DNA of 64,000 nucleotides, taken from an uncultured bacterium. Its GTDB lineage: Bacteria > Fermentibacterota > Fermentibacteria > Fermentibacterales > Fermentibacteraceae. The stretch is taken from assembly GCA_964603785.1 (NCBI GenBank), contig CAZRWD010000009.1, forward strand, positions 18,082 to 82,081. Direction: 5' to 3'. Position numbers and translations under genes: made by a program. Positions 9,719-22,381 of the stretch are shown here, piece after piece (the first letter of the stretch is position 1; each line of letters begins with the position of its first letter). The notes under the pieces were generated by a model that was given only the letters and a program-made list of their open reading frames with translations, made no database searches and was not told the origin of the DNA.

Positions 9719-11956
9719 CTACTGGACGTCGAACCTGACCTGGACGGTCGTGGGCACTTCGACAGGCACCCCGCCCTGGGTGGCGGGCTGGAAGCGCCAC
9801 TGGCTGACGGCGTCCGCGGCGGCCTGGCCGCAGCCGAGCCCGAGCGGGTCGTTGACGACCCTGACGTCCGAGACCGAGCCGTCGGTCCGGACCGTGAGCT
9901 CGAGCGTCACGTATCCGTGGATGTCGCCTCTCTCGGCGGCCAGACCCGGAACCGTCGGCGCGACGGTGGAGATGGCGAACGGCGGGATGACCGGCTGTTC
10001 CTCGATGATGTCGGGCTGCTGCTGGACCTCGGCGGCCGTGTAGCGGATCATCGTGTCCTCGCCGAGGGTGATCGTGACCGTGCTCACCTGGTCTTCGTAG
10101 CCGGGGTTCGTGAGCCGCACGGAGTAGGTTCCCGGCTCGAGCTCGATCGGAGGGAGCGGGGTCTGTCCGTAGCTCTGGCCGTCGATGGTTACCTCGGCCC
10201 AGGGTTCCGGGCCGATCAGGAGCCGCCCTGTGGTGACGTTCCTCTCCGGGGTGACCGTGGCGCTGTACCCGTCGGGGCCGAGGGTTATCGACCTGGTCCA
10301 GTCCTCGTAGCCCTCGAGCCTCACGGTGAGGGTGTGGGTGCCCCTGTCGGCGATGTGGGTCAGCCTTCTGCCGGATCCGACGGATGTCCCGTCCACGAAG
10401 AAGCTGGCCGTGCCCTCGATGTCGCCGGCTAGGGTCAGCGAGATCTGGGATGTCTCCGAAGAGAGCAGCGCGAGGGGCTGCAGGAAGCTGCCCGGCGTGT
10501 CCACCAGCACCGTCTCGGGAAGCGAGTTGTAGCCTGTCAGAACGGCCTGGAAGACGTGCGTGCCGGTCGGCATCTCCGAGGAGAGGGAGGTGCCGGAAAC
10601 GCCGTCGACGAGGATGCTCACCGAGCCGGGCTGCGGGGTGGGCTCGCCGGCGGGCATCAGGATGTTGAACGTGACGTCGGCCGTGTTCGTCCCTAGCGGG
10701 GAGAGAACCAGAGTGTCCGTGACCTGCTGGCCCTGGGCCAGATCCAGCCTGGTCTGCAGCACCTCGTAGCCCTGCGCCCTGACCTCGATGCTCCTCTCGC
10801 CGAAATCGGTCCCGGTCAGCCTGTAGGCCCCCGTCGAGTCGCGCTCGATCTCCTGCCCGTCGACGGAGAGCAGGGCGTCATCTGCTCCCGCCAGGTACAG
10901 CGACACCGAATAGGGCTGCACCGGAGGCGCCTCGACGGGCTCCGGGGATCTACCGGAGAAGAGCTTGACGGCTCCGAAGGCGACGGCCGCCACGACCGCC
11001 GCCCCGACGAGGATGGGCACCAGGGGGAGCTTCCTGCGCTCCCTCTCCTCGCGCGCGGCGGGCTCTGCCGCCGCCGGGGCCGGCGCCGCCGCCGCGACCG
11101 GCACCGCCGCCGCGATCACGGGTTCGGGGGTTCTCTCCGCCGACCTGGAGACGGGGGCGGCCACCTTGCCCAGGCGCTCCGCCAGCCCGCGGATGGTCGG
11201 GTCGTCAGGGAACCTCTGCTGAGCCTCGCGAGCCTCCTGGAGGGCGAGGTCGAACTCGTTGCCGGCTATCAGCTCGCGGATCGCCGCTATCGCCCCGTCC
11301 ACACCGGCCGGGGTCTCCTCGACCTCGACAGGCTCCTCGGCCTCGAGAGTCCCGACACCATCTGCCGCAACGAACTCGTCCACCAGGTCCTCGTCGGAGA
11401 TCTCGCCGGCGGAGGAGGCATAGTCCTCCACCTCGGCCAGGAGCCTGTCGAGCGCGGGGGAGGTGGGCCAGAACTCGAATATCTTCCGGGCCTGCTCGAG
11501 GGCTCCGGCGGGATCCGACGCCCTCAGCCTGGTCAGCCCGAGGTCGGCCAGGTTGTTGGCCTTGATGCTTCGCTTGACCGACTTTATGCGCCGGTTGATG
11601 TCGACGTTCTCGTCATCCTGCCTGCGGGCCCTCTCGAGCTCCTGGAGGGCGCGGATCTCGTCTCCTGCCTCCAGGGCCTCGTCGGACCTCCTGACGCACT
11701 CCTCCACGAAGCCGGCCGCTGCGGGCGCCGCGGCCTCGGTCGGGCTGTGCGCCCTGATCGACCGTGTGCGCTTGAAAGCCTTCATCGCCGCTATCTCGCG
11801 CTCGATGGACTGGGCCTCTTCACGGACCTCGTCGTTGTCCGGCTCGAGATCCATGGCCTTGCGGAGCGTCCTCAGAGCCTGCTCGCGCTCGCCGGACTCC
11901 ATCTGCCTTCGTGCGGCTCGAAGCAGCTCAGTGACACGGCTTTCAGCAGCGCTCAT
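9719..11956 (-). CDS. Multidomain TonB-family protein: N-terminal TPR-like region, TM segment, PEGA domains, C-terminal TonB energy-transducer domain
   Basis: The C-terminus GYVTLELTVRTDGSVSDVRVVNDPLGLGCGQAAADAVSQWRFQPATQGG is a TonB_C signature. The PEGA-type motifs are TIDGQSYGQTPL...LEPGTYSVRLTNPGYED and VRLEGYEDW. The hydrophobic TM segment is LPLVPILVGAAVVAAVAFGAV. Confidence 0.7.
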   Translation of the reverse strand: MSAAESRVTELLRAARRQMESGEREQALRTLRKAMDLEPDNDEVREEAQSIEREIAAMKAFKRTRSIRAHSPTEAAAPAAAGFVEECVRRSDEALEAGDEIRALQELERARRQDDENVDINRRIKSVKRSIKANNLADLGLTRLRASDPAGALEQARKIFEFWPTSPALDRLLAEVEDYASSAGEISDEDLVDEFVAADGVGTLEAEEPVEVEETPAGVDGAIAAIRELIAGNEFDLALQEAREAQQRFPDDPTIRGLAERLGKVAAPVSRSAERTPEPVIAAAVPVAAAAPAPAAAEPAAREERERRKLPLVPILVGAAVVAAVAFGAVKLFSGRSPEPVEAPPVQPYSVSLYLAGADDALLSVDGQEIERDSTGAYRLTGTDFGERSIEVRAQGYEVLQTRLDLAQGQQVTDTLVLSPLGTNTADVTFNILMPAGEPTPQPGSVSILVDGVSGTSLSSEMPTGTHVFQAVLTGYNSLPETVLVDTPGSFLQPLALLSSETSQISLTLAGDIEGTASFFVDGTSVGSGRRLTHIADRGTHTLTVRLEGYEDWTRSITLGPDGYSATVTPERNVTTGRLLIGPEPWAEVTIDGQSYGQTPLPPIELEPGTYSVRLTNPGYEDQVSTVTITLGEDTMIRYTAAEVQQQPDIIEEQPVIPPFAISTVAPTVPGLAAERGDIHGYVTLELTVRTDGSVSDVRVVNDPLGLGCGQAAADAVSQWRFQPATQGGVPVEVPTTVQVRFDVQ

Positions 11957-12134
11957 CTATCCTCCTCGCCTGGTGCCCGCCATCAGGACAATGAGTATTC
12001 CCCGGACCGGCCGCCCTCCGCCGGCTCCGGGCCGCCTGCCGGATATCCTCGAAGCAATATTGAAAAGCCGCTTGCCACTGGCAACCGCGCCGACGATTCG
12101 CGTTCGCGGCGTGCGGCGGAGCGGCCATCCGTAC

Positions 12135-14177
12135 TCATATCATGTTGTTCTGCGTCAGTTTGTAGCGCCAGACCAGCTCCTCCTCCAGGCCCGGGCCGGG
12201 GCTGTGCGTTCTGACGAGCTCGGATGCCTCGGAGACGAGGGCGCCGTCCGTGGCCAGATCCGCCACCCTGAACTCGGGAAGACCGCTCTGCCGGGTTCCG
12301 AGGATGTCTCCCGGCCCCCTTATCTCGAGGTCCCTCCGGGCCAGCTCGAATCCGTCGGAGGTCCCGACCATGGCCGCGAGGCGCATCCGCGCCGATTCCC
12401 CCGCATCCTCCCCCGAGACCAGGAAGCACCAGGAGTCCCTGCTGCCGCGGCCGATCCTCCCCCTGAGCTGGTGGAGCTGGCTGAGCCCGAACCTCTCGGC
12501 GTCGGAGACGATCAGGACGGTCGCCTCAGGCACGTCCAGGCCGACCTCCACGACCGTGGTGCTCACGAGCACCCTCGTCCTGCCGGATGCGAAGTCGTCT
12601 GCGGCCGCCACCTTCCGCGCCGCCGGCATCGAGCCGTGGATGAGACCCGCCCCGAAGCGGCCGAGCGGCCCGGCGGCGATCCTCTCCCAGGCTGTCGTCG
12701 CATCCTTAAGGTCCTGCTTCTCGGAGGCCTCCCTGAGCGGATAGACTATGTACGCCCTCTCTCCCGCCTCCAGCCGCTCCCTGAGGACCTCATAGGCCCT
12801 TCGCCTGTCCTCCTCCCCTATCAGCTCCGTCATCGTCCTGCCCCTGCCCGGGGGGAGCTCGTCGAGGACCGAGAGGTCCAGGTCGCCGTAGAAGGCCATG
12901 GTGAGGGTCCTGGGGATCGGGGTGGCAGACATCACGAGAAGGTGAGGCCTCCTGAGCCTCCCCCTCATGAGCTCCTCCCTCTGCGCCACCCCGAACCTGT
13001 GCTGCTCGTCCACGACCACGAGCGCGAGTCCCGGAAGCTCCACCGGGGGCTCGAGAACGGCGTGGGTGCCGGTCAGGAGTACGGGCGCGCCGCTCGCGAG
13101 CTCCTCCAGGAGCGCCCTGCGCTCCCTCGCCGGGGTGCCCCCCGACAGCTGCCTGCACGCAATGCCGAGCGGAGCGGTCAGTCTCTGCAGCGTCCTGAGG
13201 TGCTGTGATGCCAGCACCTCGGTGGGTGCGAGGAGGACGGCCTGCATGCCCCGGGTGCACGCCAGGGCGCATGCTGCGGCCGCAACGACGGTCTTCCCCG
13301 ATCCCACGTCGCCCTGGAGCAGCCGGCGCATGGGAAGCGGGCCCGCCATGTCGGACAGGATCTCGTTCGTCGACCTCTCCTGGGCCCTCGTCAGACCGAA
13401 CCCGAGGCCGCCGAGGAACCGGGGGAGGAAGGATCCGTCGAGGGGGACCCGGATCCCCTCCGAGTCGCAGGCGGCTTCGCGGACCCTCGCGAGCGCGTGC
13501 TGGTGGAGGAATATCTCCTCCAGGGCGAGCGTGCGCCGGGCCCTCCCGGCCGAGGACGCCGAGGAGGGTCGGTGGGCCTCCACCAGCAGGTCCCTCCTCG
13601 ATGCGAAGCCGTGCATCGCCATGCGCCCCTCCGGGAGAACGGACCGGAGCCCTGCGGGGAGCGAGTCGAGGGCGGAGTCGATGATCCTCCTCATCACCCC
13701 CTGGGTGATGCCGGAGGTCAGCGGGTACACCGGCAGCAGGGAGGCGGGAGGGCACCCTCCGGCCTCCTCCCCGGGCACGAGCAGGTCGGGATGGGTCATG
13801 ACGGGACCCCTCAGGAAGACGACCTCGCCCGATGCGGTCACGCTGGAGCCGACGGGCAGCCTGGAGCGCATCCAGGCGGAGTTGAAGAAGGACAGTGCGA
13901 GCACGCCGGTTCCATCGGAGACGAATGCCTGCAGCAGGCGCCTCCCTCCGCGGAGCCGCCTCTCCGAGAGGTGCGTGACCGTGCCGGTCACGGTGGCCCT
14001 GGAGAGAGGTTCGAGCGAGCCGATCGACCGGACCTCCCCCCGGTCCAGGAAGCGCCTGGGCAGGTGGAGGACCAGGTCGCCAAGGCATCTGATGCCCAGC
14101 CGGGCGAGCATCCCGGCCCTTGCCGGACCGACTCCCCGCAGGTATCTGACCTCGTCTCCGAGCGCGGTTCCGATCAT
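12135..14177 (-). CDS. recG: ATP-dependent DNA helicase RecG
   Basis: Helicase motifs GDVGSGKTVVA, DEQHRFGV and SATPIPRTL. The likely start is MIGTALGDEVRYLRGVGPARAGMLARLGI (HhH wedge N-terminus) at aa 72 of the table ORF. The upstream 71 aa look like a non-coding extension. Confidence 0.88.
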   Translation of the reverse strand: MIGTALGDEVRYLRGVGPARAGMLARLGIRCLGDLVLHLPRRFLDRGEVRSIGSLEPLSRATVTGTVTHLSERRLRGGRRLLQAFVSDGTGVLALSFFNSAWMRSRLPVGSSVTASGEVVFLRGPVMTHPDLLVPGEEAGGCPPASLLPVYPLTSGITQGVMRRIIDSALDSLPAGLRSVLPEGRMAMHGFASRRDLLVEAHRPSSASSAGRARRTLALEEIFLHQHALARVREAACDSEGIRVPLDGSFLPRFLGGLGFGLTRAQERSTNEILSDMAGPLPMRRLLQGDVGSGKTVVAAAACALACTRGMQAVLLAPTEVLASQHLRTLQRLTAPLGIACRQLSGGTPARERRALLEELASGAPVLLTGTHAVLEPPVELPGLALVVVDEQHRFGVAQREELMRGRLRRPHLLVMSATPIPRTLTMAFYGDLDLSVLDELPPGRGRTMTELIGEEDRRRAYEVLRERLEAGERAYIVYPLREASEKQDLKDATTAWERIAAGPLGRFGAGLIHGSMPAARKVAAADDFASGRTRVLVSTTVVEVGLDVPEATVLIVSDAERFGLSQLHQLRGRIGRGSRDSWCFLVSGEDAGESARMRLAAMVGTSDGFELARRDLEIRGPGDILGTRQSGLPEFRVADLATDGALVSEASELVRTHSPGPGLEEELVWRYKLTQNNMI

Positions 14178-14288
14178 GGCCCGATAGTAGTCCGGCGCGC
14201 CTCCCGGGGCAAGCCCGGGAGGTCTTGACGGTCTGCTCCCGCGCTCATATTGACGGGCCAACGACAAGCCCGGAGGTCCTCTGAACGC

Positions 14289-14804
14289 ATGGAGCAAATC
14301 TCCGTCAAGGAGCTTCAGGAAGCCGTGGCCAGCAATCCAGGAGACATCGAGGCGCGGTTCCTGCTTGCCCGGAAGTACATGGACGACCACTCGCCGAGGA
14401 AGGCGATCGGCCTCCTCGAGCAGGTCATAAGGCTAGACCCGGAGAATGCCGAGGCATGGCTCAGGATAGGCCTCTGCTGGGGCATGGCCCTGCTCGAGAA
14501 CCTCTCCCCCCTCGACCTCTGGGGCGAGGAGAAGGACGAGGAGCTCATGGTCGACAACTGCCTCCACGCCCTGGAGAAGGCCATCGAGTTCGACCCCGAG
14601 CTCCTGGGCGCCTACAACGCCATGGGGCGCATCTACGTGATCAGGGGGCAGGACGAGGAGGCCATCGAGCTCTTCACCCAGTCCCTGCAGCTCGACCCCT
14701 CTCAGCTCGACGTCGTCGACGACCTGAAGGAGATCACAGGCAGCCCGGCCTGGGAGCTCCTGGACAAGGAGACCGACATGGGCGACGAAGAGGACGCCTT
14801 CTGA
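14289..14804 (+). CDS. TPR-repeat protein
   Basis: MEQISVKELQEAVASNPGDIEARFLLARKYMDD...AIGLLEQVIRLDPENAEAWLRIGLCW are tetratricopeptide repeats, and the C-terminus is acidic. ATG 14289 is preferred over the TTG at 14250. Confidence 0.6.
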   Translation: MEQISVKELQEAVASNPGDIEARFLLARKYMDDHSPRKAIGLLEQVIRLDPENAEAWLRIGLCWGMALLENLSPLDLWGEEKDEELMVDNCLHALEKAIEFDPELLGAYNAMGRIYVIRGQDEEAIELFTQSLQLDPSQLDVVDDLKEITGSPAWELLDKETDMGDEEDAF

Positions 14805-14894
14805 CCGTACTAGACCCCGGCCCCTCCCGTTCCTATCGTATCATGAGAAGGATGATCGCCGCCCGGGCCTGACCGGGCGGGCGGGAGGTTTGAG

Positions 14895-16304
14895 ATGATC
14901 ATGCTGGCATTCCTGGTCGCGGTTTCCTCGCTCGCTCCCCTGGAGGATCCCTCACCGGCCTGGTACGACGACGTCCTGGTGTGGGACATGCAGTACGACG
15001 CCTCCTGGTACGGGGTCGGCCAGGAGTACCTCGCGGGCGTCTGCAACTCCAACGGCAGGCTCTACGCCTGCGCAGTGACCGACAGCTCGCTCTCCAAGTC
15101 CGCCGTCCTCGCCTCCGCGAACGGGGGGGCGACCTGGTACACAGGCCACCTCAACACCTCCGAGACCTCGGCCTTCTACGACCCGCAGCTCTGCATCTAC
15201 ACCCAGTCCCCGTACGAGTACCTGTTCGAGTTCGTGGTCGACCGGCTGCCGGGCACCAGGGGCAGGGTCCTGTCGCTGCAGTTCCTGCTGCCCGGGATAT
15301 CCCTCTACGGCTTCTCCATCATCGAGATGAACCATCCTGCGGCGGACACGATTAGATCGATAAGCGCATGCGCCACGGAGGACACCGACGACCTCTGGGT
15401 CTGCGCCGACGACCAGGCGGGAAACCTGTTCATCTCGGGGGCGGACACCCCGGGGGCATGGACCGCATGGGAGCAGCTCCTGACCGGAGTGGAGAGGCCC
15501 TCCCTCTGCTGCGGCCCGGGGGGCTGGCTGCACATAGCGTTCCAGGACCACGCGACATCGCAGATCCGCTGCCTGTCGATGAGCCCGACGGACACCACCC
15601 TCGTCGCGCTCGGCGGCGGGCAGCCCTACGCGGGTCCGGTGGCGGCCTGCGAGTGGACGGGAAGCCAGATGGTGGGCGTGGTCTGGCATGACGCGGCGGG
15701 ACAGGTCCGATTCTCCACGTCGGCCGACCACGGCGCCTCGTGGAGCGCTCCGGCCGTCCTCGGACTGGGCACCTACCCGTTCCTCGACGTGAACAGGGCG
15801 ACCGGGAATGCCGTCTATTCCTATCTCGACGGCACGAACGGGCTGGCCAGGGTGGCCTCGGCCGCGAGCCTAGCGCAGCTCGTCTCGGCCATCCCGTACA
15901 TCCGTTCCGAGACTGTGCCCTGCCCCTCGACGCACGCGGTGGTCAGGCAGGGACCCTCCTCGACCAACCAGGCCCTCTTCTTCCTGGCCGAGGGACCGAG
16001 CGACCTGTGGTTCGACTCGTCGGTCCTGACGGGGATCGAGGAGGGCGACGGCGCCGGAGGGCTTCTCATCAGACCGGTCTCGAACCCGTCCCCGGCCGGA
16101 TTCGCCATCGAGTTCGCGACCGGCTCCGCCGGCCCCGTGACGGTCGAGCTCCGCTCGATCGACGGCAGACTGGTGGAGACCGTCTATCAGGGTGTTTCGT
16201 CATCCGGCACCGTGCAGGCGGGGGCGGGTCTCCCCGCCGGGGTCTATGTGGCCGTCCTGAGGTCCGGAGGCTCGGAGGAGTCCGTCAGGCTCGTGAAGTT
16301 CTAG
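14895..16304 (+). CDS. Secreted BNR/sialidase-like beta-propeller protein with C-terminal T9SS/FlgD-Ig-like sorting domain
   Basis: N-terminal signal MIMLAFLVAVSSLAP. BNR (Asp-box)-like S-x-D-x-G-x-[ST]-W motifs: SADHGASWSAP and ANGGATWYTG. The C-terminal ~80 aa (LLIRPVSNPSPAGFAIEF...AGVYVAVLRSGGSEESVRLVKF) resemble Por_Secre_tail/FlgD Ig-like sorting domains. Confidence 0.6.
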   Translation: MIMLAFLVAVSSLAPLEDPSPAWYDDVLVWDMQYDASWYGVGQEYLAGVCNSNGRLYACAVTDSSLSKSAVLASANGGATWYTGHLNTSETSAFYDPQLCIYTQSPYEYLFEFVVDRLPGTRGRVLSLQFLLPGISLYGFSIIEMNHPAADTIRSISACATEDTDDLWVCADDQAGNLFISGADTPGAWTAWEQLLTGVERPSLCCGPGGWLHIAFQDHATSQIRCLSMSPTDTTLVALGGGQPYAGPVAACEWTGSQMVGVVWHDAAGQVRFSTSADHGASWSAPAVLGLGTYPFLDVNRATGNAVYSYLDGTNGLARVASAASLAQLVSAIPYIRSETVPCPSTHAVVRQGPSSTNQALFFLAEGPSDLWFDSSVLTGIEEGDGAGGLLIRPVSNPSPAGFAIEFATGSAGPVTVELRSIDGRLVETVYQGVSSSGTVQAGAGLPAGVYVAVLRSGGSEESVRLVKF

Positions 16305-17145
16305 CCCTGACCAGGGCCGTCACGGCCTCCGCCACCGGCAGGCTACGTGAGGGGTTCCCGCAGGCGAGGCCCGTCAGGCAGTCGATCTCCGTGGGTCGTC
16401 CGTTCTCAAGATCCTCGAGCATGCTGCACCTGTTGTCCGACATGGCCATCAGCATCCCGAGCATTTCGCGGGCCCCGTCCTTCGCCTCATCGGAGAACTC
16501 CGGGGGGACCACTCCGGCGAGTTCGTCGAACAGGATCCAGAGGATCCTCTCGAGCCCCCTCCCGCGTAGATCCCTGTTGGTGCTTCCGGAAAGCGCGGCG
16601 ACGGGATTCAGCGTGCTGTTGACCAGCCATTTCGCCCAGAGCGACGGCTCCATCCCCGGTCGCGTCGAGACATCCAGCCCGGCTGCCCCGAGGGGCCCCG
16701 CCGCCTTCCCCCCCTCGAGGGCGAGCAGCCCGCCGGGATGGGTCTCCACCGCCCTCCGCGCCACCAGCCTGAAGCCGCCGACGACGACCACCCTCTCGAC
16801 GAGATCCCAGCCCGCGCCCCAGAACCGCTCCAGGCCCATCCCGTTGCACAGGCACGCCACGGGTCCCGTCGAAGCCCTCCGCATGGCTCTCGAGACGGCC
16901 TCCAGATGGTATGTCTTCACGGCGACGAAGGCCATGTCCGAGCGCGGAGGGTCGTCGGAGCAGGCGAGTCCGACCCTGGCACGGCCCTGCACGGCTCCCG
17001 AGGATCTGATGGTCGCCCGCCCCCCCGGCGAGCCGGGCGGGCCCACCAGGACGACGTCCGCAACACGGGAGAGGGCGACGGAGAGGCCCGTGCCGACCGC
17101 TCCGTCGCCCCACACCGCGATGGTCCCGAACGGTGCCCCGGGCAT
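16285..17145 (-). CDS. panE: 2-dehydropantoate 2-reductase (ketopantoate reductase)
   Basis: N-terminal Rossmann IAVWGDGAVG, VKTYHLE, and C-terminal NRCSMLEDLENGRPTEIDCLTG, characteristic of ApbA/PanE. Confidence 0.78.
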   Translation of the reverse strand: MPGAPFGTIAVWGDGAVGTGLSVALSRVADVVLVGPPGSPGGRATIRSSGAVQGRARVGLACSDDPPRSDMAFVAVKTYHLEAVSRAMRRASTGPVACLCNGMGLERFWGAGWDLVERVVVVGGFRLVARRAVETHPGGLLALEGGKAAGPLGAAGLDVSTRPGMEPSLWAKWLVNSTLNPVAALSGSTNRDLRGRGLERILWILFDELAGVVPPEFSDEAKDGAREMLGMLMAMSDNRCSMLEDLENGRPTEIDCLTGLACGNPSRSLPVAEAVTALVRARTSRA

Positions 17146-17153
17146 GGCGGGCG

Positions 17154-17411
17154 CTACTTCTCCGGCACCGTCCTGTCCTCGTACTTCTGGGCCAGGTCCT
17201 CCAGCTTGCGGCGTCCCCTGGCTATGACCTTGCCGGCCTCGGTCCTTCCCGACTCCACCAGCTCACCGCCCCTGGCGTAGACGTCCTCGGCCGTCTTCCT
17301 GATCCTCCCGCGGGTCTCCGAGCCCTTCGCGGGGGCCAGCAGCAGCGCGGTGACACCCCCTATGAAGACACCCGCGAGGAACGCCCACACATCTCCGCCC
17401 CGCTCCGACAT
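17154..17411 (-). CDS. YtxH-like small membrane-associated protein
   Basis: 85 aa with GVFIGGVTALLLAPAKGSETRGRIRK, followed by a coiled, charged C-terminus. Confidence 0.55.
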   Translation of the reverse strand: MSERGGDVWAFLAGVFIGGVTALLLAPAKGSETRGRIRKTAEDVYARGGELVESGRTEAGKVIARGRRKLEDLAQKYEDRTVPEK

Positions 17412-17423
17412 CTCGTCCTCCTC

Positions 17424-20468
<3,045 letters not shown>

Positions 20469-20469
20469 A

Positions 20470-20802
20470 TCAATCCCCCGAAGTGAAGAGGCCCGCCGCG
20501 GCGATACCGGCCAGCACGCCCGCGGCATCCGCAACGAGGTCGATCGGATCGAAGCCCCGTCCGCAGGAGGCGTCGGAAGCCTCCTTCGCCAGCCCGGCCC
20601 CGGCCGCCACGCAGGCCGCGATCGCCCTGGCATCCCCTCCGCCGGCGCCCAGGTGGCTCGCGACACCGGTCGTCAGGCAGGCGAGGTGGGCGGAGAACAG
20701 GACGTGTTCTATCCTGTCCCGCCTCAGGAGGCCGCACCCCGCGGAGGCGAACATAACCGGCAGGAGGGCCGCAGCGGTTGCCCTGCGGATCAGGGGCCGC
20801 AT
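20470..20802 (-). CDS. Small VanZ-like family lipoprotein/membrane protein
   Basis: GC3-biased 110-aa ORF. It has a lipobox-like MRPLIRRATAAALLPVMFASAGC and the motifs DRIEHVLFSAHLACL and GRGFDPIDLVADAAGVLAGIAAAG, resembling VanZ-like conserved blocks. Its stop lies 1-2 nt before the secA TTG. Confidence 0.5.
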   Translation of the reverse strand: MRPLIRRATAAALLPVMFASAGCGLLRRDRIEHVLFSAHLACLTTGVASHLGAGGGDARAIAACVAAGAGLAKEASDASCGRGFDPIDLVADAAGVLAGIAAAGLFTSGD

Positions 20803-20883
20803 TCGCGGAGCCTCCGGCCGACCTCCTCGGGATGCAGGGCCGACCTCACCGGGTGCCCGCCGAAGCCGCGGAGCTTCGACGGA

Positions 20884-21869
20884 TCAGCGGACCCCGGCCA
20901 GGGCGGCCGGGGCAGCGAGAGACCGGCCGCAAGAAGCAACAGGGCGGCGGCCCCCGCGAGCACGAGCCTGGAATTCATCCAACTCCCCCAAGATCGAGTC
21001 CGCGACGGCCCGGAACCCGTCCTCCCCGCGGCCGAGGCCCGAGGCTTCGACGAGCCTCTGCCTTGAGTGCTCCGGCCTGCCCTCCCTCAGATCCTCCAGT
21101 GCGGCACTCACCAGGGCCCAGCCGAGGTTCCGCGCGGCAGCCGCCGAGCGGCGCGCCTGCCAGGCCCGGCGCAGCGCCCAGACCCGCCTCTCGGTGTCTC
21201 CCTCCAGGAGAGCCACGCGGGCATGGGCGTCCCAGTACGACTGGTCGCGACAGCGCTCCCGCCTCAGTGCGAGAAGGTTCTCCATGGCCTCCCCCTGCAG
21301 GCCGGCGTCGCACAGGGCCTCGACGAGCATGGAGCGGTAGAAGCTCTCGCCCGGTCGGAGGGCGACGGCCTGCCGCAGCAGCCCGAGGTGCGCGGAGGAA
21401 TCACCCTCCGAAGCCGCCAGCACAGACAGCCAGCAGGCCGCATCGGCGGCGGTCGAGTCGTCCGGGGAGTTCAGCGCCTCCTCGAGGAAGGCCCTGGAGG
21501 GTTCGTGACCGCAGGCCGCGGCCTGGTACCTCGCCGGCCCCCCGCCCCGCAGGAGGGCGGCCAGCCGGACGACCTCGCCCGTCTTCCCCAGCCTCCTCAG
21601 GGTCTTCATGTACTCGGACAGGAGGAGTTCGCTCTGGGGCCTCATGCGCCAGGCCTCGCAGGCGAACGCGAGCGCGCTGTCCGGAAGGTCCATCTGGTTG
21701 TATGCCCAGGCTATCCGCCACGAGGTCCACGGATCGGGGCTCGACGCGCCGGAGCGCTCCGAGAGGAGGGCCGGTATGGCCTCCTCGATCAGGCCCTCGC
21801 GCACCAGGGAATCGCCGTTCGTGAGGAGAGCGATCGAGAACAGGACTGCTGCGGGTGCGGCCGGCGTCA
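20884..21869 (-). CDS. Hypothetical Ala/Leu/Arg-rich protein (possibly TPR-like); start uncertain
   Basis: Downstream part of table ORF 20884..22260 has good GC3 bias. The upstream 130 aa overlap the small secreted protein gene and look like an artifact. No ATG is nearby; candidates are the CTG/GTG at TPAAPAAVLFSIALLTNGDSLVREG. Confidence 0.4.
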
Positions 21870-22250
21870 GTTCCCCTGCAGCGCTTCGCCCGAGAAGGCC
21901 CCGTTGACGTGGAGCTCCAGGAGGAAGCTGTCGGAGGGCCTCCAGTCGATGCCGATACCGCCGAGGTACATGCCCGCGTCCGGACCCGAGAAGTCGAACA
22001 GGCGGGTGTAGCCGAGGCTCACCTCCGCGCTGACGTCGGGATGGAGGAGGAGCCCCATGGTCCCGAGATAGGTGCCGGTGCTCCAGGATCTCCCGCCGCC
22101 GGAGGTGAACGAGAAGGCCATGGAGCTCCCGAAGGACGGGGTGAGGAGCGGGGAGCCATCGCCTTCGAGCAGGTCGAATCCCGAAGGATCGAGACCGAAT
22201 GCGAGAGCTGCCGAAAGGGGCAGCAGGGACAGCAGGGTTACGAGTTTCAC
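21867..22250 (-). CDS. Small secreted protein (127 aa), possibly a small beta-rich outer-membrane/periplasmic protein
   Basis: GTG start giving MKLVTLLSLLPLSAALAFG (signal peptide), preceded by SD GGAGGTG at a 7-nt spacing. It is the C-terminal part of table ORF 21867..24200, which otherwise runs antisense through the ABC gene. Confidence 0.5.
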   Translation of the reverse strand: MKLVTLLSLLPLSAALAFGLDPSGFDLLEGDGSPLLTPSFGSSMAFSFTSGGGRSWSTGTYLGTMGLLLHPDVSAEVSLGYTRLFDFSGPDAGMYLGGIGIDWRPSDSFLLELHVNGAFSGEALQGN

Positions 22251-22381
22251 GACTGGCCACCTCCAGCGGGAATATTGGGCGCCGCGACCCGCACGGGCAA
22301 TGTCCGCGGATCCAGGGCGGCGAAGCCGCCAGGGCGTCGCATCCCCGGGTCTGCGCGGGCTGTCCGCGCGGCCGGATCCGC

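Noticed and set aside
11463-13208. 581-aa plus-strand ORF
   Set aside because: It is antisense to recG and to the TonB-like gene, with Arg/Pro-rich low complexity.
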